Assembly (NCBI GenBank): GCA_964344645.1 | Contig: CAYFOJ010000013.1 | Coordinates: 61-64,060, forward strand | Length of the DNA: 64,000 nucleotides | Direction of reading: 5' to 3' | DNA from: an uncultured Thalassospiraceae bacterium | GTDB lineage: Bacteria; Pseudomonadota; Alphaproteobacteria; Rhodospirillales; JABHCV01 | Shown here: positions 59,301-64,000 of the stretch, piece after piece | Layout: the number at the start of each line of letters is the position of its first letter | How positions within the stretch are numbered: position 1 is the first letter of the stretch | Program-made: the position numbers and the translations under genes | Notes under the pieces: model-generated | The model's input: the letters and a program-made list of their open reading frames with translations, nothing else | What the model was told of the DNA's origin: nothing | Databases searched by the model: none

Positions 59301-62036
59301 TCAGTCGACGGTTCCCATGCCCCGGACGTGACGCCGGACCTCCATGAACGCCGCCTGCAGCGGTTCGCTCAACGCAATCGCCGCGTCGCGGTCCTCATTG
59401 TTCAGGGCCATATAAATATCCTGACAGACCCTCCCCAGCCGCATGGCTCCGGCCATGTGCGACGCCCCCTTGGCGGCGTGGGAGGCCTCGGTGGCGAGCC
59501 GCCAGTCCCTATTGATCAGTCCATCGGCGATATCCCGCACCAGCGGTTCCGTCGAGTGGATGAATTCCGCCAGCAGATCGGGAAACAGGCTTTTGTCTTC
59601 GAAAACCTCGGACAGGTAGTCCATGTCGAGAACCGGCTCCTCCAGCCCTCGCGGCCCGGCTTCCCCGGCGGGGGGGTGCTCGGAAGTCCCCTCTCGCGCC
59701 CTTTGCCGGACGGGAACATGGATCTCCTCGCCCATGACCCGGTTGATGGCATCCAGCAGCGTCGGGCGGTAGATGGGCTTGACCACCATTTCGTCCATTC
59801 CGGCGGCCAGACACTCCCGCCGGTTTTCCCGCATGGCGTCGGCGGTCAGGGCGATGATCGGCGTCCTGCCCTTTTCGTCGGGAATACGGCGGATCGTCCG
59901 CGATGCCTCATGGCCGGACACCCCCGGCATTCGCACATCCATCAAAATCAAATCAAAATCGCCCCGTTCATGGGCCTCCACGGCCTGCTGGCCATCCTCG
60001 GCCAGGGTCACTTCGTGGCCGTAGTGTTCCATCGCCCCCTTGATAACGGTGCGATTGATGGCGACGTCGTCGACGACAAGCACGTTCAATTCACGCCGGG
60101 CCACGAATTCCGCATCCTGATCGATGCTGATGGGTTCGGCTACGTCTTCCCGGGCGGGCCGATAGGGCACGGTGAACCAGAACGTGCTGCCGACGCCGAT
60201 GCGGCTTTCAACGCCGATTTCTCCGCCCATCAAATCGACCAGGCGGCTACAGATGGAAAGGCCCAGTCCCGTCCCTTGGTATTTTCGGCTGATGGAGGCA
60301 TCCGCCTGGGTAAATTCCGAGAACACCTTGGCCAAGGACGTCTTGGTCATGCCGATGCCGCTGTCGGTGACGGCGAAGTGAAGGCTCTGCTCCCCCTCCT
60401 TCGAGGTGTCCAGCCCGACGTCGATCTTGACCCCGCCCAATTCCGTGAACTTGACCGCGTTGCCGATCAGGTTAAGAAGAACCTGCCTGAGGCGCGTCGG
60501 ATCGGAATGCACGGCCGGGGGCAAATCCTCGGCGCAGGCTACCGTCAGTTCCAGTTCCCTTGAGTCCGTGTTGTTTTCAAACAGCGCCGCAGACTCCCTG
60601 ATCAGAGACGGCAGATGGAAATCCATGTTCTCGATTTCCATCTTCCCCGCTTCCAGCTTCGACAGGTCGAGAATTTCATTCAACAGGGTCAGCAGGATTT
60701 CCATGGAGTTCTTGACCTGAATGGCCTTTTGCCGGCTGCCGTCGGTCAGGTTATCGTCGAGAAGCATATCGGCGTATCCCATGACGCCGGTCATGGGGGT
60801 GCGGATCTCGTGGCTCATGGAGGCGAGAAATTCGGATTTCGCCCGGTTGGCCTCGATGGCCACCTGCTCGGCCTCTTTTAACGCCGTGATGTCCGTGCGG
60901 ATGCCGACGATGCCGCCTTCCTGGGTCTTGCGTTCTTCGATACGCAACCATCTCCCGTTTCCAAGCAGCTGTTCGATGACCCCCAATGGGTTTTGATGGG
61001 CGGCGACCCTCTCTTTGACGAACTCCTCCTCCCGTCCGACGGCCTGGGCGTACTGTCCCCTCTCGGTGCCGTAACGGATGATGTCCTCGAAGGTGGCGCC
61101 CGGGACGATCGCCGCGGCGCTGTCGGCGTAGATTTCCCTGTAGCGTTCATTGCACAGGGCCAGCTTGTCGTTCTTGTCGTACAGGCAGAACCCCTCGGAA
61201 ATAGAAGTCAGGGCGTCGTTGAGCTGCTCCTGTGCCGCAATCGCCATTTCCTCCGCGGCCTTGCGCTCGGTGACATCGAAAAACACGCCCATCCTGGCAA
61301 TCACCCGGCCGGCTTCGTCCTTGATCGGGTTGACGCTCAGGTCCCCCCAGAGAATTGATCCGTCTTTTCTCAGATAGCGCTTTTCCAGCCGGTAGGAATC
61401 GATATCTCCGGTCATCAGATCCCGGTTCTTTCCCTCGTTCAGGCCCACGTCGTCGGGATGGGTGATATCGGCCCTGCTCATGCCGATCATTTGCTCGGGA
61501 CTGTAACCGAGCATTGTTGCCCAGGCCTCGTTGACTTCCCGATAGACGCCGTCCGCATCGGCAATGGAGATGCCGACCTGGGTGGTGTGGAAGATCGACC
61601 GGAAGCGTTCTTCGCTCAGCCGGTTCCGGGCCTCGACAAGCTTGTCCGCCGTGATATCCGTCTGGACGGAAACCATCCCGCCGCTGGCCATTGTCCGGTC
61701 GACAATCCGCAGCCAGCGCCCATCCTGCAACCGGACCTCAAAGACCCCTTCGCGAGTCGCCTCTTCCGGGGCGCCGCTGTCGAAGAAACCGACCCGGTTT
61801 CCGCCATCGGCAATGGCGACCCCGTTGTCGACGTCGTAGTCGACCAATTGGCGGAAATGCACGCCCGGACACACCTGATCGTCCGTGTACCCGTACAGAT
61901 CACGGAAAGCCCGGTTGCAGACAAGCAACCCCCCTTCCCGGTCATAGGCGACAAAGGCTTCCTCCATGCTGTCGAGGGCCAGCAGAAGCAGGTCGTTATC
62001 CACATTGGAGAATAAATGCTTGTCGGTCATCACCAT
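59301..62036 (-). CDS. hybrid histidine kinase (PAS x3-HisKA-HATPase-REC-Hpt)
   Basis: FLASMSHEIRTPM; GTGLGL; LILMDVRMP receiver; SHAAKGAS..AGA Hpt motif. Confidence 0.92.
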   Translation of the reverse strand: MVMTDKHLFSNVDNDLLLLALDSMEEAFVAYDREGGLLVCNRAFRDLYGYTDDQVCPGVHFRQLVDYDVDNGVAIADGGNRVGFFDSGAPEEATREGVFEVRLQDGRWLRIVDRTMASGGMVSVQTDITADKLVEARNRLSEERFRSIFHTTQVGISIADADGVYREVNEAWATMLGYSPEQMIGMSRADITHPDDVGLNEGKNRDLMTGDIDSYRLEKRYLRKDGSILWGDLSVNPIKDEAGRVIARMGVFFDVTERKAAEEMAIAAQEQLNDALTSISEGFCLYDKNDKLALCNERYREIYADSAAAIVPGATFEDIIRYGTERGQYAQAVGREEEFVKERVAAHQNPLGVIEQLLGNGRWLRIEERKTQEGGIVGIRTDITALKEAEQVAIEANRAKSEFLASMSHEIRTPMTGVMGYADMLLDDNLTDGSRQKAIQVKNSMEILLTLLNEILDLSKLEAGKMEIENMDFHLPSLIRESAALFENNTDSRELELTVACAEDLPPAVHSDPTRLRQVLLNLIGNAVKFTELGGVKIDVGLDTSKEGEQSLHFAVTDSGIGMTKTSLAKVFSEFTQADASISRKYQGTGLGLSICSRLVDLMGGEIGVESRIGVGSTFWFTVPYRPAREDVAEPISIDQDAEFVARRELNVLVVDDVAINRTVIKGAMEHYGHEVTLAEDGQQAVEAHERGDFDLILMDVRMPGVSGHEASRTIRRIPDEKGRTPIIALTADAMRENRRECLAAGMDEMVVKPIYRPTLLDAINRVMGEEIHVPVRQRAREGTSEHPPAGEAGPRGLEEPVLDMDYLSEVFEDKSLFPDLLAEFIHSTEPLVRDIADGLINRDWRLATEASHAAKGASHMAGAMRLGRVCQDIYMALNNEDRDAAIALSEPLQAAFMEVRRHVRGMGTVD

Positions 62037-62118
62037 TCTGGGTTTGGGCCTGTTCTCCGCAAACCCCGATCATACAGGAAGGGGCGCAGGCGAAACAGCC
62101 ATATTCCTGTGACGTCAC

Positions 62119-64000
62119 TCAGCCGGCCATGACCTCTTTCACCTTTCCGGCCAGGTCCTTGAGGCTGAACGGCTTGGCCAGGAACTCGATCCCCGGGTCC
62201 TTTTCCACGTCGTCGGCGAACACTTCCTTGGAATAGCCGGACATGAGGATGATCTTGATGTCGGGGATTTCGTGGCGCACCAGTTGCACCAGGGTATGGC
62301 CGTCCATTCCCGGCATGACGACGTCGGAAATGATCAGGTCGATTTTCTTGTTGGCCGTCTTGTTGATGACATCCAGGGCCGATTCCCCGTCGCTGGCCTC
62401 GAGCACGTCATAGCCTTTGTTCTTCAGAGCCCGGGCGCCGAACATGCGGACCGCGTCCTCGTCCTCGACCAGAAGGACACTGCCTTCGCCGGTGAGGTCG
62501 CCCTCGCCCTCCTCCTCCTTGACCGGGGCGGGCGGCTTCAACAGGGGGCCGGGAGCAGCCTCGTCCCCGGCGACGACCGCCTCATGCCCGCTTTCCGTCT
62601 CGGCGTCGGGGACATACCGGGGCAGATAAATACTGAAGGTGGAGCCCTCGCCGGGAGCGCTGTCGACGAACACGTATCCCTCGGTCTGATGGACGATGCC
62701 GTAGACCGTGGACAGACCGAGGCCGGTCCCCGCCCCCACCTCCTTGGTCGAGAAAAACGGTTCGAAAATGCGCGGCAATTCCTCCTTGGCGATGCCGACC
62801 CCGGTGTCGGCGACCTCGATCAGGACATAATCGCCGGCCCTCATCATTTCGTGGGCCCGCTGCACCGGTTCCTCCAGGGTGACGTTGGCGGTGCGGATTT
62901 CAACCGACCCGCCGCCCGGCATGGCGTCGCGGGCGTTGACGGCCAGGTTGATGATGATCTGGTCGAACTGCACCCGGTCGACCCTGAGCAGCCACAGGTC
63001 GCGGGCGTGGGTCATTTCCAGCTCGAGATTTTCCCCGATCAGCCGCCTGAGCAGGTTGGACAGGTCGGCCAGCGCCTCGGTCACGTCCAGCACCACCGGC
63101 TCCAGGTCCTGCTGGCGCGAGAAGGCCAGCAACTGACGGACCAGGTTGGTCGCCCGGTTGGCGTTCTGCTTGATCTGCTGGATATCGGAGAACGATGGAT
63201 CGTCGGGTCCGTGGCGGGTCAGCAGCAGGTCGGCGAAACCGATCATCGCCGTCAGCAGGTTGTTGAAATCATGGGCGACGCCCCCCGCCAGTTGGCCGAC
63301 GGCCTGCATTTTCTGGGACTGGGCGAACTGCACTTCCAGGTTCTTGTGTTCGGTGGTGTCGATGAAGTGCAGCACCAGCCCGGACACCTCGCCGGAATCG
63401 TCTTCCAGACGGCTGGCGTAGAGGGACGCCACCAGCTCCCGCTCGCCCATGGCCGGCATGCGGACCTCCAGATGCGAGGCGGGCATGATGCCCATCACCA
63501 CCTTCGACAACTGGGCCGCCACGTCGCCCCGGTCTTCCTTGCTGATCTGTTCCGAGAACGGTCGGCCGATGACGGAATCCCGGTGCACGCCCCGCAGCTT
63601 CAAAAAGGCCCGGTTGGATTCGGTCACCTCTCCCTGCAGGTTCAACAGGACAATGCCGACCGGCGCCTCGTCAAACAGCCAGCGCAGCTTATGACCGTTG
63701 CGCGGCCCCGACGACAGGGGCGCGCCCTGCACCCCGGCCTCGCCGCGCCAGGTCAGTTCCCGAAGCAGGATCGAGCGGCTGTAAGCCATGTAGCCTTCGT
63801 CGTCCAGTTGCTCGGACTGCACCAGACAGGCCTTGAACAGGCTGCCCCCCGGCCCGCGCAGGGTGACGTCGCCGCTGACCCCGGTTTCCTCCATGCCGGT
63901 CGCCGCGTCGGCGCTGCCGGCGACGACGAAATCGGCGAAACGCATGTTCCGGGACCGTAGCTGGTCGACGGTGATCCCCATCCATTCGACGAACTTGTTG
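62119..64000 (-). CDS. cckA: cell-cycle hybrid histidine kinase CckA (5'-truncated by the window edge)
   Basis: [32 protein letters not shown]...DPSF.DI.QI.QNANRA..LVRQLLAFSR; C-terminal REC. The frame stays open to position 64000. Confidence 0.88.
   Translation of the reverse strand, partial: NKFVEWMGITVDQLRSRNMRFADFVVAGSADAATGMEETGVSGDVTLRGPGGSLFKACLVQSEQLDDEGYMAYSRSILLRELTWRGEAGVQGAPLSSGPRNGHKLRWLFDEAPVGIVLLNLQGEVTESNRAFLKLRGVHRDSVIGRPFSEQISKEDRGDVAAQLSKVVMGIMPASHLEVRMPAMGERELVASLYASRLEDDSGEVSGLVLHFIDTTEHKNLEVQFAQSQKMQAVGQLAGGVAHDFNNLLTAMIGFADLLLTRHGPDDPSFSDIQQIKQNANRATNLVRQLLAFSRQQDLEPVVLDVTEALADLSNLLRRLIGENLELEMTHARDLWLLRVDRVQFDQIIINLAVNARDAMPGGGSVEIRTANVTLEEPVQRAHEMMRAGDYVLIEVADTGVGIAKEELPRIFEPFFSTKEVGAGTGLGLSTVYGIVHQTEGYVFVDSAPGEGSTFSIYLPRYVPDAETESGHEAVVAGDEAAPGPLLKPPAPVKEEEGEGDLTGEGSVLLVEDEDAVRMFGARALKNKGYDVLEASDGESALDVINKTANKKIDLIISDVVMPGMDGHTLVQLVRHEIPDIKIILMSGYSKEVFADDVEKDPGIEFLAKPFSLKDLAGKVKEVMAG

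Noticed and set aside
62110-62119. GTGACGTCAC palindrome after cckA
   Set aside because: A short single palindrome at the stop codon with no recognisable regulator motif or promoter context.

Overview
This is a 64-kb, GC-rich chromosomal window from an alphaproteobacterium, most likely Rhodospirillales. That placement is inferred from the cckA/recA/alaS, DUF1192-qor-DUF1013 and COQ9-def-rpsU gene sets and the split pntAa/pntAb/pntB. Housekeeping genes (purE, def, rpsU, pntAB, pepF, pyk, cyclophilin, alaS, recA, 3' part of cckA) are interleaved with accessory genes. The accessory set includes a DUF433/DUF5615 toxin-antitoxin pair, four sensor kinases besides CckA, a TetR-MttB-StcD betaine-demethylation cluster, an M24/creatinase/HOT cluster, and an ArsR-GST pair attached to a MacAB-like exporter. 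I saw no CRISPR array, tRNA, rRNA, integrase or transposase. The most interesting signals are mostly non-coding or regulatory: (1) a candidate ~100-nt CtrA-controlled sRNA with a CCUCCC linker (2422-2520, minus); (2) a ~200-nt long imperfect hairpin upstream of a hybrid kinase (4782-4982); (3) a LexA-box promoter on a bleomycin-resistance-like VOC gene; (4) a Cys-tailed ArsR/omega-like GST/ABC-exporter module; (5) a REC gene frameshifted in a C9 tract where purK would be expected; (6) a degenerate GGDEF protein with an intact RxxD site; (7) two kinases lying between cckA and recA. All family assignments come from motif recognition by eye and from memory; no database search was run. GC remarks are visual estimates.
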